From NCBI GenBank assembly GCA_965220695.1, contig OZ244838.1:1308951-1372950 (forward strand): 64,000 bases of DNA, read 5' to 3'. This document shows, piece by piece, positions 32,821 to 41,655 of the stretch. Position 1 is the first letter of the stretch, and every line of letters begins with the position of its first letter. The notes under the pieces are model-generated. The model was not told where the DNA came from and ran no database searches. It worked only from the letters and a program-made list of their open reading frames with translations. Made by a program: the position numbers and the translations under genes. The stretch is from Vicinamibacterales bacterium. GTDB lineage: Bacteria; Acidobacteriota; Vicinamibacteria; Vicinamibacterales; UBA8438.

Positions 32821-35400
32821 CTAGCCGCTGTGCTGTTGTCGTTGTCGGCGACAGCCGCGGTGACGGCGGCCGTCCAGACGACCGGGGCCATCGAAGGCGC
32901 GGTCGTCGACGCGAACGGCAACCCGTTGCCCGGCGTGGTGGTGACGGTGGCCGGCCCCGGCGGGCGCGAGGAACGTGTCACGGGCGCCGATGGAACCTAC
33001 GCCGCTGCCGGTCTGGCGGCCGGCGACTATGTCGTCACCGCGATGCTGCCGGGCTTCGAGACCGTGGAGACGTCGGTCTCCGTCGGGACAGGCGCCACCG
33101 CAACGGTCCCGATCGTCCTGCAGATCGCGCGGTTGCTCGAAACGATCAGCGTCGTGTCGGAGGAGCCCCGGACCTTCGCGAGCAACATCGTCTCCCAACC
33201 GATGCGGCTGCAACAGTCGAACATCACGAGCGTGACGTCGGTGGTGGACAACCTTCCGGGCGTCTCCATCCAGGAGGGGGACGCGTACGGCTTCGACGAC
33301 TGGTCGAGCAATGTCGCCGTCCGCGGCTTTCAGGTGACCATCAGCGAGGCGCAGATCGGCACCACCATCGACGGGCTGCCGAACGGCACGTCCGACTACT
33401 TCAGCGGCGCCAAGGCGAACCGGTTCATCGATCCGATGAACCTCGGGGGGGTCGAGGTGTCGCAGGGAACGGCCGACATCGCCTCGCGGTCGGTCGAGGC
33501 GCTGGGCGGCACCTTCAACTACCTGACGGACGATCCGGCGGCGGAGCGGACCTACACGGCGTCGACCACCATCGGCGAGAACGACGGCAAACGGTTCTCC
33601 ATGCGGGTCGACACCGGGCCGTTGTTCGGCACCGAGACCCGCGCCTGGATCTCGGCGGTCCGTCAGGAGGCGACCGACTGGGTGCAGGGGTCGGCGCGCA
33701 ACGAGCGCGAGCATGTCGCCGCCAAGCTGGTCTCGTCACGCGGACGCCTCGATCTCACCAGCTACGTCTCGTACGACAGCATCCACGAAGACACCTACCA
33801 GCGGCTCTACAGCGACGCCAACTTCAGGGCCAACCCGCGCTGGGACCGCCTGGTCGGCGACTGGCCCGGCGTGCCGTATCTGAACCAGTTCTACCGGCCT
33901 GGCTGGCAGACGCGGCGGAACAATACATTCGCCTACCTGAAGGCGGACTGGTCGTTCAGCGACGTCACCTCGCTGAACCTGGGCGCCTATTTCCATCGCA
34001 ACCGGGGCCGCGGCGACTGGCTGCCTCCCTACATCGCCGACGTCACCGACGACGGCGGCGGACCGGAATCGGAGCTCATGGGAAGGGCAGCGGTACAGGG
34101 CGGCGCGCAACTCGGGCTGATCCGCTTCGTGAACCGGGACGGCGCCGCTGTCGGACCGACGCCCGGGTGCACGTCGTCCTACATCTTCAACTATTACGGC
34201 TCGGGCGGCCCGGCGGTGGACCCGGCGTGCCACCCGGGCGCCACCGCGGTGCAGTCGTACCGCCACAGCCACTACGGGAAGGACCGCATCGGCGTGACGC
34301 TCGACGAAGAGTGGTTCACGACCGTCGGCGCGGCTGGCAGCACACTGCGCGCCGGCATCTGGTACGAGGACTCGCGGCGCGATCTTGGCCGCGACTGGCA
34401 CCAGATGCTGGATCCGACGCTGAGCTTCAAGTGGAACGAGCAGGCCTACTGGCACCAGTACGAGTGGGATTTCCCGCAGCACGTCTTCAAGTGGTACATG
34501 GAGGAGACGATCTACGCTGGCCCGTTCGCTCTGAGTGGCGGCCTCAAGCAGTTCCTGGTCGGCGTGTCGCGCGACGACCTGTTCGACGTCGACCCGGAAC
34601 TGGCGGTCGATTCCGATTCGAAGCTGCTCATCTCCGGCGGCGTCACGTATGAGACCCCGGTCGAGGGTCTGGACCTGTTCGCCGGCTACGCCGAGAATTT
34701 CAAGGCCATCAGCAGCACGCTGCTCGAGGTGCCGGGACGCAGCCTCGATGCGCTCAAGCCCGAAACCGCCTCGAACATCGATGTCGGGCTGCAGTATTCG
34801 GGAGAGCGGGTTGCGCTGGGCGCCACCTGGTACACCATCGATTTCCAGAACCGGATCTTCTACCTCGGTCCGCAGACGCCGGCCGGTCCCAACTATCTCA
34901 TCCCGGGCGGCGGCGCCTACTTCAACGCCGGCGGCATCGACACGAGCGGCGTCGAGTTCTCTGCGACCGTGCAGTTGCCACGCCAGACATCGTTCTACAC
35001 CGCCTACACGTTCAACGACTCGACGTATCTCGGGAGCGGCGATCCGCTTGTCGACGCGAACCAGGGTATCGTGGCGGGTACCGATGTCACCGGCGTGCCG
35101 GACCGGCTGTGGGTCGTCTCGCTCGACCGGACCGGCCCCCTCGGCACGGGGCTGACCGCCAAGTACACGTCGCCGCGGCGCGTCAGCCTGACGTCGGACT
35201 GGTACGCGGACGCCTACTGGCTGGTGGACGCCTATCTCAGCTTCTCGGGCGCGGCGTTGAGTGATCTGCTGCGGTCGACGGAGTTCTCGATCGTGGCGAA
35301 CAACCTGTTCGACAAGGCCTATCTCTCGGCCATCACCGAGAACGCGGCCTGGCTCGGGGCACCGCGGACGATTTCGATGACCGCCACCGTCTCGTTCTGA
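32794..35400 (+). CDS. TonB-dependent receptor with carboxypeptidase-regulatory-like N-terminal domain
   Basis: The signal peptide is 'MQRGFHRGLLAAVLLSLSATAAVTAAVQ'. 'GAIEGAVVDANGNPLPGVVVTV' is CarboxypepD_reg-like. The barrel ends '..ISMTATVSF'. The track ORF start at 32515 is an upstream extension through the MITE. Confidence 0.85.
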   Translation: MQRGFHRGLLAAVLLSLSATAAVTAAVQTTGAIEGAVVDANGNPLPGVVVTVAGPGGREERVTGADGTYAAAGLAAGDYVVTAMLPGFETVETSVSVGTGATATVPIVLQIARLLETISVVSEEPRTFASNIVSQPMRLQQSNITSVTSVVDNLPGVSIQEGDAYGFDDWSSNVAVRGFQVTISEAQIGTTIDGLPNGTSDYFSGAKANRFIDPMNLGGVEVSQGTADIASRSVEALGGTFNYLTDDPAAERTYTASTTIGENDGKRFSMRVDTGPLFGTETRAWISAVRQEATDWVQGSARNEREHVAAKLVSSRGRLDLTSYVSYDSIHEDTYQRLYSDANFRANPRWDRLVGDWPGVPYLNQFYRPGWQTRRNNTFAYLKADWSFSDVTSLNLGAYFHRNRGRGDWLPPYIADVTDDGGGPESELMGRAAVQGGAQLGLIRFVNRDGAAVGPTPGCTSSYIFNYYGSGGPAVDPACHPGATAVQSYRHSHYGKDRIGVTLDEEWFTTVGAAGSTLRAGIWYEDSRRDLGRDWHQMLDPTLSFKWNEQAYWHQYEWDFPQHVFKWYMEETIYAGPFALSGGLKQFLVGVSRDDLFDVDPELAVDSDSKLLISGGVTYETPVEGLDLFAGYAENFKAISSTLLEVPGRSLDALKPETASNIDVGLQYSGERVALGATWYTIDFQNRIFYLGPQTPAGPNYLIPGGGAYFNAGGIDTSGVEFSATVQLPRQTSFYTAYTFNDSTYLGSGDPLVDANQGIVAGTDVTGVPDRLWVVSLDRTGPLGTGLTAKYTSPRRVSLTSDWYADAYWLVDAYLSFSGAALSDLLRSTEFSIVANNLFDKAYLSAITENAAWLGAPRTISMTATVSF

Positions 35401-35476
35401 CGCGCACACGCCGGCTGGCGTCGGACGCGGGTATGATCGTCCTGCCTCGCGGCATCACCGCTGGAGACTGACCGCC

Positions 35477-37495
35477 ATGCGCAAGCTCTCGTTGATTCTG
35501 GCCGTGCCGCTTCTGAGCGCCTGTACGGCTGGCGACCGCGAAACCGATTGGCCCGTGTATCTCGGCGACGCCGGCCGCCGGCACTTCTCAGAGTTGGATC
35601 AGATTACGCGCGACAACGTGAGCCAGCTCGAGGTCGCCTGGGTGTACGACTCCGACGCGGCGGGAGAGAGCAGTGGCGGGACGATGTACACGAGCCCGCT
35701 GGTGGTGGACGGGGTGCTGTACGGATTGTCGCCCTCGCTCGACGCCTTCGCCCTCGATGCGGCCACCGGCGCCGAGTTGTGGCGTTACGACCCGGATGTC
35801 AACCGGGCGGCCCAGCGGGGGCTGATGTGGTGGGAGCGGGACGGGGAGGCGCGGCTGTTCTATACCGCCGGCCGGACGCTGCTCGCAGTGAATCCGTCGG
35901 ACGGGACGCCCGTCGAGAGCTTCGGCGACGGCGGCCGGGTCGATCTCAGGCCGCCCGACGACCGGACGGGGAACATCTCCGTCACCGTACCGGGCGTCGT
36001 GTTCGAGGACCTGCTCATCCTCGGGTTTTCCACCTCCGAGGCGGCCGATGCGTTTCCTGGCTCGGTCCGCGCCTTCAGCGCCCTTGATGGATCACTGGTC
36101 TGGCAGTTCAACTCCATTCCGTTGCCGGGCACGCCCGGGTCCGAGACCTGGGCGGAGGGATCGCTGGAACACGCGGGCGGGGCCAACACGTGGACCGGCA
36201 TGGCGCTCGACGAGGAACGCGCGCTGCTGTTCGCCCCGACCGGGTCGGCGACCCCCGATTTCTACGGCGCGAAGCGCCTGGGCGACAATCTGTACGCCAA
36301 CGCGCTGCTGGCGATCGACGCCCGGACGGGCGAACTCCAATGGCACTACCAGGTGGTCCGCCACGACCTGTGGGACCGCGACAATCCGTCACCCCCGACC
36401 CTGGTGCAGCTCGAACGGGACGGCCGGACGATTGACGCGGTGGCGCTGACGACCAAGTCCGGGCACCTCTACGTGTTCGATCGGGAAACGGGCGAATCGT
36501 TGTATCCCATCGTCGAGGTCGAGACGCTGCCGAGCACGCTGCCGGACGAAGTGCCGGCGCCGACGCAGCCGCTGTCGACCGTGGCCTTCAGCCGGCAGAC
36601 GTTCGAGGTCACCAGGCGCACCGAGTCGGCCACGCGTTTCGTCGAAGAACGGATCGCCGACTGGGACCTGCGGCCGTGGGCGCCGCCAAGGGTCGGCACC
36701 GTGCTCTTGCAGCCCTGGTACGACGGCGGGGCCGAGTGGGGGGGATCGGCGTTCGACCCGGCCGACAACCGCTTGATCGTCAACGCGAACGACGTGCCGG
36801 GGATTCTGCAGCTCACCGAGGTGCCGGCCGGGTTCAGCGACTACGGGTTGTATGCCCAGCACTGCGGCAGTTGCCACGGGCTGACGCTGGAGGGCACCGA
36901 CGCCGCACCGGCCCTGCTGGGGGTGCGCGACCGGTTGGAGACCGCGGAGATTCGCGAGGTCATTCGTGAAGGCGCCGGCCGGATGCCCGGGTTCGCGCAA
37001 TTCAACGATGTCGAACGCCGGGCCATCATGCGCTACATTTCCTCGTCCGACCCCGAGATCGACGAACCCTCGGCGGAGGTCCGGTATGTCCTGGGCGGCT
37101 ACGTGTATCTGCGCGACGACGAGAACCTGCCCGGCAACACGCCGCCCTGGGGCACGCTGAACTCGATCGACCTGGCCAGCGGCGACATCGTCTGGTCCCT
37201 GCCGTTCGGCAACTATCCGTCGCATCCGGATCTGGGGTTCGGCGCCGTCAACTACGGCGGACCGGTCGTCACCGCGTCCGGGCTGATCTTCATCGGGGCC
37301 ACGCCCGACCGGATGTTCCGCGCCTATGACACGCGCGACGGCGAGATCCTGTGGGAGACCGAATTGACGGCCGCCGGCTTCTCGACCCCGGCGGTGTACA
37401 GCGTCGACGGCAAGCAGTTCGTCGTCATCGCCGCGGGCGGCGGCCGCACCGGACCGCCGTCAGGCGCCGAGTACGTGGCGTTCAGTCTGCCGTGA
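35477..37495 (+). CDS. PQQ-dependent dehydrogenase lipoprotein with embedded c-type cytochrome domain
   Basis: It has the lipobox 'LLSAC' and beta-propeller motifs ('YTSPLVVDGVLY', 'WHYQVVRHDLWDRD'). A CxxCH site is present at 'HCGSCHG'. Confidence 0.8.
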   Translation: MRKLSLILAVPLLSACTAGDRETDWPVYLGDAGRRHFSELDQITRDNVSQLEVAWVYDSDAAGESSGGTMYTSPLVVDGVLYGLSPSLDAFALDAATGAELWRYDPDVNRAAQRGLMWWERDGEARLFYTAGRTLLAVNPSDGTPVESFGDGGRVDLRPPDDRTGNISVTVPGVVFEDLLILGFSTSEAADAFPGSVRAFSALDGSLVWQFNSIPLPGTPGSETWAEGSLEHAGGANTWTGMALDEERALLFAPTGSATPDFYGAKRLGDNLYANALLAIDARTGELQWHYQVVRHDLWDRDNPSPPTLVQLERDGRTIDAVALTTKSGHLYVFDRETGESLYPIVEVETLPSTLPDEVPAPTQPLSTVAFSRQTFEVTRRTESATRFVEERIADWDLRPWAPPRVGTVLLQPWYDGGAEWGGSAFDPADNRLIVNANDVPGILQLTEVPAGFSDYGLYAQHCGSCHGLTLEGTDAAPALLGVRDRLETAEIREVIREGAGRMPGFAQFNDVERRAIMRYISSSDPEIDEPSAEVRYVLGGYVYLRDDENLPGNTPPWGTLNSIDLASGDIVWSLPFGNYPSHPDLGFGAVNYGGPVVTASGLIFIGATPDRMFRAYDTRDGEILWETELTAAGFSTPAVYSVDGKQFVVIAAGGGRTGPPSGAEYVAFSLP

Positions 37496-37548
37496 CATGC
37501 CTCGCGGGTGGCCGCCCGCGGCCGTGCCCCTGCTACCATTGCTGCGCC

Positions 37549-39345
37549 ATGTCCATGACTTCGATGCCCGATCGGCCACTCTCCCTTGCGCGCGCTCTGA
37601 TCGTGCCGGTCGCCGTACTGACCGTCCTGGCCCTGCTCCCGCGGCCGGCGACGGGGCAGACGTCGTCGTCCTCCGGGTTCGTGCCCGTGACGGATGCCAT
37701 GCTCCAGGATCCGGCCCCGGGAGACTGGCTGACATGGCGCCGCACCCTGGACAGTTGGGGCTACAGCCCGCTCGATCAGATTACGCGAGACAACGTGGGC
37801 GAGATCAGGATGGTCTGGTCGCGGGCGCTCGCCCGCGGGCGCCAGGAAGGCACGCCGCTGGCCTACGGCGGTGTCCTGTACATGCCGCAGGCGAGCGACG
37901 TCATCGAGGCGATCGATGCCGTGACCGGCGACCTGATCTGGGCGCATCGCCGCGACCTGCCGGACGACGTCTACGACCACGTGGGCGGCAATTCGCGCAA
38001 CAACCGCAACATCGCGATCTACGACCGGTTCATCATCAACACCAGCGACGACAGCTATGTCTTCGGGCTCGACGCCGCGACCGGGGAGATCGCCTGGGAG
38101 ACGCAGCTTTTCGATTACCGGACCACGCCGGTGGGGCACAGCTCGGGACCGATCATCGCCGACGGCAAGGTGATTTCGGGACGGAGCTGCCGGCCGCGCG
38201 GCGGGCCCGAGTCGTGCGTCATCATCGCGCACGATGCACGCACCGGACAGGAGCTGTGGCGGCGCCGGACGATCCCGGCGCCGGGGGAGCCGGGCGACGA
38301 GACCTGGGGCGGCGTGCCCTACGAGGAACGCGTACACGTCGGCGCCTGGATGCCGGCCAGCTACGACCCCGAGCTGCGGCTGATCTTCCAGGGCACGTCG
38401 GTCACCTCGCCGGCGCCCAAGTTCATGCTCGGCGGCATCGACAATACGCACCTCTACCACAACTCGACGCTGGCGCTCGACGTCGACACGGGCGAGATCC
38501 GCTGGTACTACCAGCACCTGAACGATCACTGGGACCTCGATCATCCGTTCGAGCGTCTGCTGGTCGACACGGTGGTCGCACCGAACCCCGACGCCGTGAG
38601 CTGGATCAATCCTCGGCTGCGGCCCGGCGAGGTCCGCAAGGTGATGACCGGCATCCCGGGCAAGACCGGCCTGGTCTATACGCTGGACCGTGAAACGGGC
38701 GAGTTTCTCTGGGCGACCCCCACGGTGGCCCAGAACGTCATCAGCGACATCGACGGCGCGACGGGCGCGGTGACCGAAAACGCCGAGGTGATCTTCAGCG
38801 CGGAGGGGCAGCAGGTGCTGGCCTGTCCCAACATGCACGGCGGGAAAGACTGGGAAGCGGGCGCCTACAGCCCGCTGACGAACACGATGTACTATCCGCT
38901 GCGCAACATGTGCCAGCGCCTGCTGGCGACGACGGCGCCTGACGCCTCTCACCGCATCTACGCGCTCGCGGTCCGGCATGAGCTCGCGCCCGGAACGGAG
39001 CAACTGGGCGCGGTGTACGCGATCTCGGCGGAGACCGGCGAGACGAAGTGGCTGCACGAGCAGCGCGCGGCGACGCTGTCGCTCGTGGCCACCGGCGGCG
39101 GGCTCGTCTTCGGGGGCGACGCGAACGGGCGCTTCCGGGCTTTCGACCAGGAGACGGGCGAGGTGCTGTGGGAGATCAACCTCGGCTCGCCGGTGTCCGG
39201 GTTCCCCATCAGCTACGCGGTCGACGGACGCCAGTACCTGGCCGTGGGCACCGGCGGCGCCGCGACGACACCCAGCTTCCTGCAGCTCACGCCGGAACTG
39301 CGCCCGAGCAACGGCAACAACCTGTTCGTGTTCGCGTTGCCTTGA
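37549..39345 (+). CDS. PQQ-dependent dehydrogenase (alcohol-dehydrogenase-like beta-propeller)
   Basis: ATG 37549 with a signal peptide. 'FVPVTDAMLQDPAPGDWLTWRRTLDSWGYSPLDQITRDNVGEIRMVW' is the typical quinoprotein ADH N-terminus. Confidence 0.8.
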   Translation: MSMTSMPDRPLSLARALIVPVAVLTVLALLPRPATGQTSSSSGFVPVTDAMLQDPAPGDWLTWRRTLDSWGYSPLDQITRDNVGEIRMVWSRALARGRQEGTPLAYGGVLYMPQASDVIEAIDAVTGDLIWAHRRDLPDDVYDHVGGNSRNNRNIAIYDRFIINTSDDSYVFGLDAATGEIAWETQLFDYRTTPVGHSSGPIIADGKVISGRSCRPRGGPESCVIIAHDARTGQELWRRRTIPAPGEPGDETWGGVPYEERVHVGAWMPASYDPELRLIFQGTSVTSPAPKFMLGGIDNTHLYHNSTLALDVDTGEIRWYYQHLNDHWDLDHPFERLLVDTVVAPNPDAVSWINPRLRPGEVRKVMTGIPGKTGLVYTLDRETGEFLWATPTVAQNVISDIDGATGAVTENAEVIFSAEGQQVLACPNMHGGKDWEAGAYSPLTNTMYYPLRNMCQRLLATTAPDASHRIYALAVRHELAPGTEQLGAVYAISAETGETKWLHEQRAATLSLVATGGGLVFGGDANGRFRAFDQETGEVLWEINLGSPVSGFPISYAVDGRQYLAVGTGGAATTPSFLQLTPELRPSNGNNLFVFALP

Positions 39346-39442
39346 GACCGCGGAACCAGGAGCCGAGGCCGCCATCCCGACAAGGCGCTCTCGGCCGCCT
39401 TCGTCCGTGCCGCCCCGCCAGGACGGCACGCTGACGGAACGG

Positions 39443-39700
39443 GTTGTACCTCTTCGTCAAGCCCGAGGGCACCCGAAGCTGGATTCAGCGCATCGTCATC
39501 CGCTACCACGGGGTCGCGGCCGTGACGCACGGCTTCCGGTCGTCGTTCCGGGATTGGGCGGCCGAGGAGACGGACCACCCGCCAAGGTCATCGAGGCGGC
39601 GCTGGCGCGCGTGATCAAGAACAAGGTTGAGGCGGTCTACGTCCGGTTGAACCTATTCGAGCGGCAGCGGGCACTGAGCCTTCCCCTTGACCGCCTGGGA
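39443..39700 (+). pseudogene. P4-type tyrosine integrase remnant (large internal deletion plus frameshift)
   Basis: 'LYLFVKPEGTRSWIQRIVIR' (N-terminal arm-binding region) runs straight into 'THGFRSSFRDWAAEET' (C-terminal catalytic box). After a frameshift it continues as 'VIEAALARVIKNKVEAVYVRLNLFERQRAL'. Confidence 0.6.
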
Positions 39701-39835
39701 TGGCCTTTCGTCTGCGGGCTGTTCGTGCTCCTGCCGATCCAGCTCCGCGAGCGCGGTGTCGACCCTCGCCTCGATCTTCGCCGTGCGCTCCGGCGGCCAG
39801 TGCTTCGTCAACTCGCTGATGGGTCTGTGCTTCAT
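39653..39835 (-). CDS. Small ORF, possible antitoxin/HTH-tail-like
   Basis: 'MKHRPISELTKHWPPERTAKIEARVDTALAEL' is weakly similar in pattern to small antitoxin proteins. It overlaps the integrase relic on the other strand. Confidence 0.2.
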   Translation of the reverse strand: MKHRPISELTKHWPPERTAKIEARVDTALAELDRQEHEQPADERPSQAVKGKAQCPLPLE

Positions 39836-39922
39836 GGTTCCCATCCTTCTTTCTCCGGTTCCAGCAGTTCCTCGCGCCGGAGCTGCAGCACATACTGATC
39901 ATAGACCGCATCGGCCCGCCGC

Positions 39923-40222
39923 TCACGGACCCGATGGTTCGATCCCATACTGGGCGGCGAGGCCGTTGAACAGCCAGGCCAAGTCGGTATCGTGGGCGAG
40001 GTGGGCCACGAGCCTCTGCCACGAGCACCGGCGGAATAGCTGCCGTCGCACCAGCGCCCCGGTTGTCGCTTCCCACTGCCGTGCAGCCTCGCCTTCCGGC
40101 AGGAAGGCCGTGTTGCGGTCATCGTAGATGACAAGTGCATGACCACCATCGACGTCGACCGTCCCGTCGGGCTGGACACAGGCGGCGAGGACGTTCCTGG
40201 CCAGGTCGTTGAACGCACTCAT
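39923..40222 (-). CDS. Hypothetical 99-aa protein, second gene of PD-(D/E)xK operon
   Basis: ATG 40222 lies 2 nt after the stop of the upstream gene. No family recognised. Confidence 0.4.
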   Translation of the reverse strand: MSAFNDLARNVLAACVQPDGTVDVDGGHALVIYDDRNTAFLPEGEAARQWEATTGALVRRQLFRRCSWQRLVAHLAHDTDLAWLFNGLAAQYGIEPSGP

Positions 40223-40224
40223 CC

Positions 40225-41025
40225 CTACGCCCGCACCCCGCTGATCAGCCCCTCGTCCACGGATACCATCCGGCAGCGTCCGGTGAGCCGAGCCGGCTGC
40301 CCGCTGAGGCCCATCTCGAACGTTGCGTCGAGCAGCGCCAGCAGATAGGATTCCAGCCCCAAGGTATCCCGAAGGCCCGAGACGAGATCGCGGACGGCGG
40401 AGAACCACTTTCCCGCCCTTGCATGATTCAAATACCAGACCCAATAGTCGTCCGGCGCCATGACGACCAGCGTCGGCCGAGACGCCGACAGCGGGTGCTG
40501 ATCGGCGATCTCCGACGCGATGTCGGCGGCGTTGGCCTCGACGATGGCGCAGTAGGCCAGACCCTCCAAGAGCGCCCGCAGCGGCGTGTCGCCGCGAGCC
40601 GACTCGCCCGTCACCTTCAGGTCGACGACGCAAGGCAGCCGACCGTCCACGACGGCGAAGAGGTCGACCTTGCCGACGCCCCAGTCGTCTCGGCGGGCCT
40701 TCAGCGGCATCTGGTAATCGATGATCTCGAGCGGCCTTCGGTCCGGCAGCGCGAAGGCAGCGCCACCGCGAGAGGCGTTGCACAGTGCGACCGCGAGGTG
40801 CTCCTCCCTCCGGTTGGATGACGCGCCGCTGCCGGTGACGCCGGTGCGCCCGTTCAAGTAGCGCTTGCCCCGGACGTGGCGGCGCGGCGCGACGCGCACC
40901 AGGTCCTCGTAACAGTGGACGAGCGTTCCCACATCCGAGGCCAGGTTGCCGGCGACCTCGCCAAACTCGGCAATGCGGTTTACGGCAGGGTTGTGGTGGA
41001 GGTCGATGAGACTTTCGACGCGCAT
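40225..41025 (-). CDS. PD-(D/E)xK-type nuclease-like protein
   Basis: ATG 41025. 'REEHLAVAL....IIDYQMPLK....GVGKVDLFAVVDGRLPCVVDLKV....PLRALLEGLAYCAIV' follows the E..(n)..D..(n)..(D/E)xK..(n)..Q/E.xxY layout of NucS/restriction-like nucleases. Confidence 0.5.
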   Translation of the reverse strand: MRVESLIDLHHNPAVNRIAEFGEVAGNLASDVGTLVHCYEDLVRVAPRRHVRGKRYLNGRTGVTGSGASSNRREEHLAVALCNASRGGAAFALPDRRPLEIIDYQMPLKARRDDWGVGKVDLFAVVDGRLPCVVDLKVTGESARGDTPLRALLEGLAYCAIVEANAADIASEIADQHPLSASRPTLVVMAPDDYWVWYLNHARAGKWFSAVRDLVSGLRDTLGLESYLLALLDATFEMGLSGQPARLTGRCRMVSVDEGLISGVRA

Positions 41026-41108
41026 GGCCGGATACGATACAGCAACTTCGGACCGCAAGCCCGTTTGCGGCCTGCAACCGACTAAATCGACCCCATCGGT
41101 TCAACGAC

Positions 41109-41141
41109 TAGTTAAACTGTTAGTTAAACTTTCTGTATAAT
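41109..41141 (+). promoter_or_regulatory. AT-rich promoter with two 10-bp direct repeats and TATAAT box
   Basis: TAGTTAAACT occurs at 41109-41118 and 41121-41130. TATAAT at 41136-41141 lies 7 nt before GTG 41149, with TTAAAC as a -35 candidate. This is the only strongly AT-rich stretch in the divergent intergenic region. Confidence 0.45.
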
Positions 41142-41148
41142 ACATCGC

Positions 41149-41655
41149 GTGCCGGAGGCGGACTATCGTCAGGCGCTCGATACCGCGTCCCGCGAATGGG
41201 AGCGGCTCGCGTCGCAGCGAGCCGATCTCGACGCGCGCCTGGCGGACTTGCAGCGCACCATCGCGTCCCTGATGAGGCTGTGCGGCTTCGAGCCGACGGT
41301 GGGCTTCGGGTTGACGGACGCCTGCCGACTGATCCTCTGCCGGCACCGCGGTGAGGCGTTGAGCGCGCGCCGCGTGAAGGAGGAGCTCGAGATTCTGGGA
41401 CGCGACCTGTCCGACCATGCGAACCCGCTCGCCTCGATACATGTGACCCTCAAGCGGCTGGTCGCGGCGGGCGAGGTCCGGTTCATCCCCAAGAGCAAGG
41501 GCACGCCGCCGATGTATGCGCTCGAAGAGTCTCCGACGCCTACCGCACGAAGCCGTCCCTGGCCCGCGTGGCCGGCGTCCTCGCGCTGGCCGGCGGCCGG
41601 CGCGTTCCAGGGTCCGGCACCGGCGCGGGGTCGCCCCAAGAGGCGGACGGAATGA
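41149..41655 (+). CDS. Coiled-coil plus winged-helix-like small protein
   Basis: 168 aa. 'LTDACRLILCRHRGEALSARRVKEELEILGRDLS..LASIHVTLKRLVAAGEV' is wHTH-like. Its stop overlaps the next start (ATGA). The C-terminal 40 aa are low complexity. Confidence 0.45.
   Translation: MPEADYRQALDTASREWERLASQRADLDARLADLQRTIASLMRLCGFEPTVGFGLTDACRLILCRHRGEALSARRVKEELEILGRDLSDHANPLASIHVTLKRLVAAGEVRFIPKSKGTPPMYALEESPTPTARSRPWPAWPASSRWPAAGAFQGPAPARGRPKRRTE

Noticed and set aside
37324-39429. 701-aa minus-strand ORF
   Set aside because: It is antisense shadow of the PQQ dehydrogenase gene, with no recognisable motifs.
39930-39965. GGTTCGATCCC, a tRNA T-arm-like sequence near the integrase relic
   Set aside because: No complementary acceptor stem or anticodon arm can be built around it. 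It lies inside the 99-aa CDS (39923-40222).
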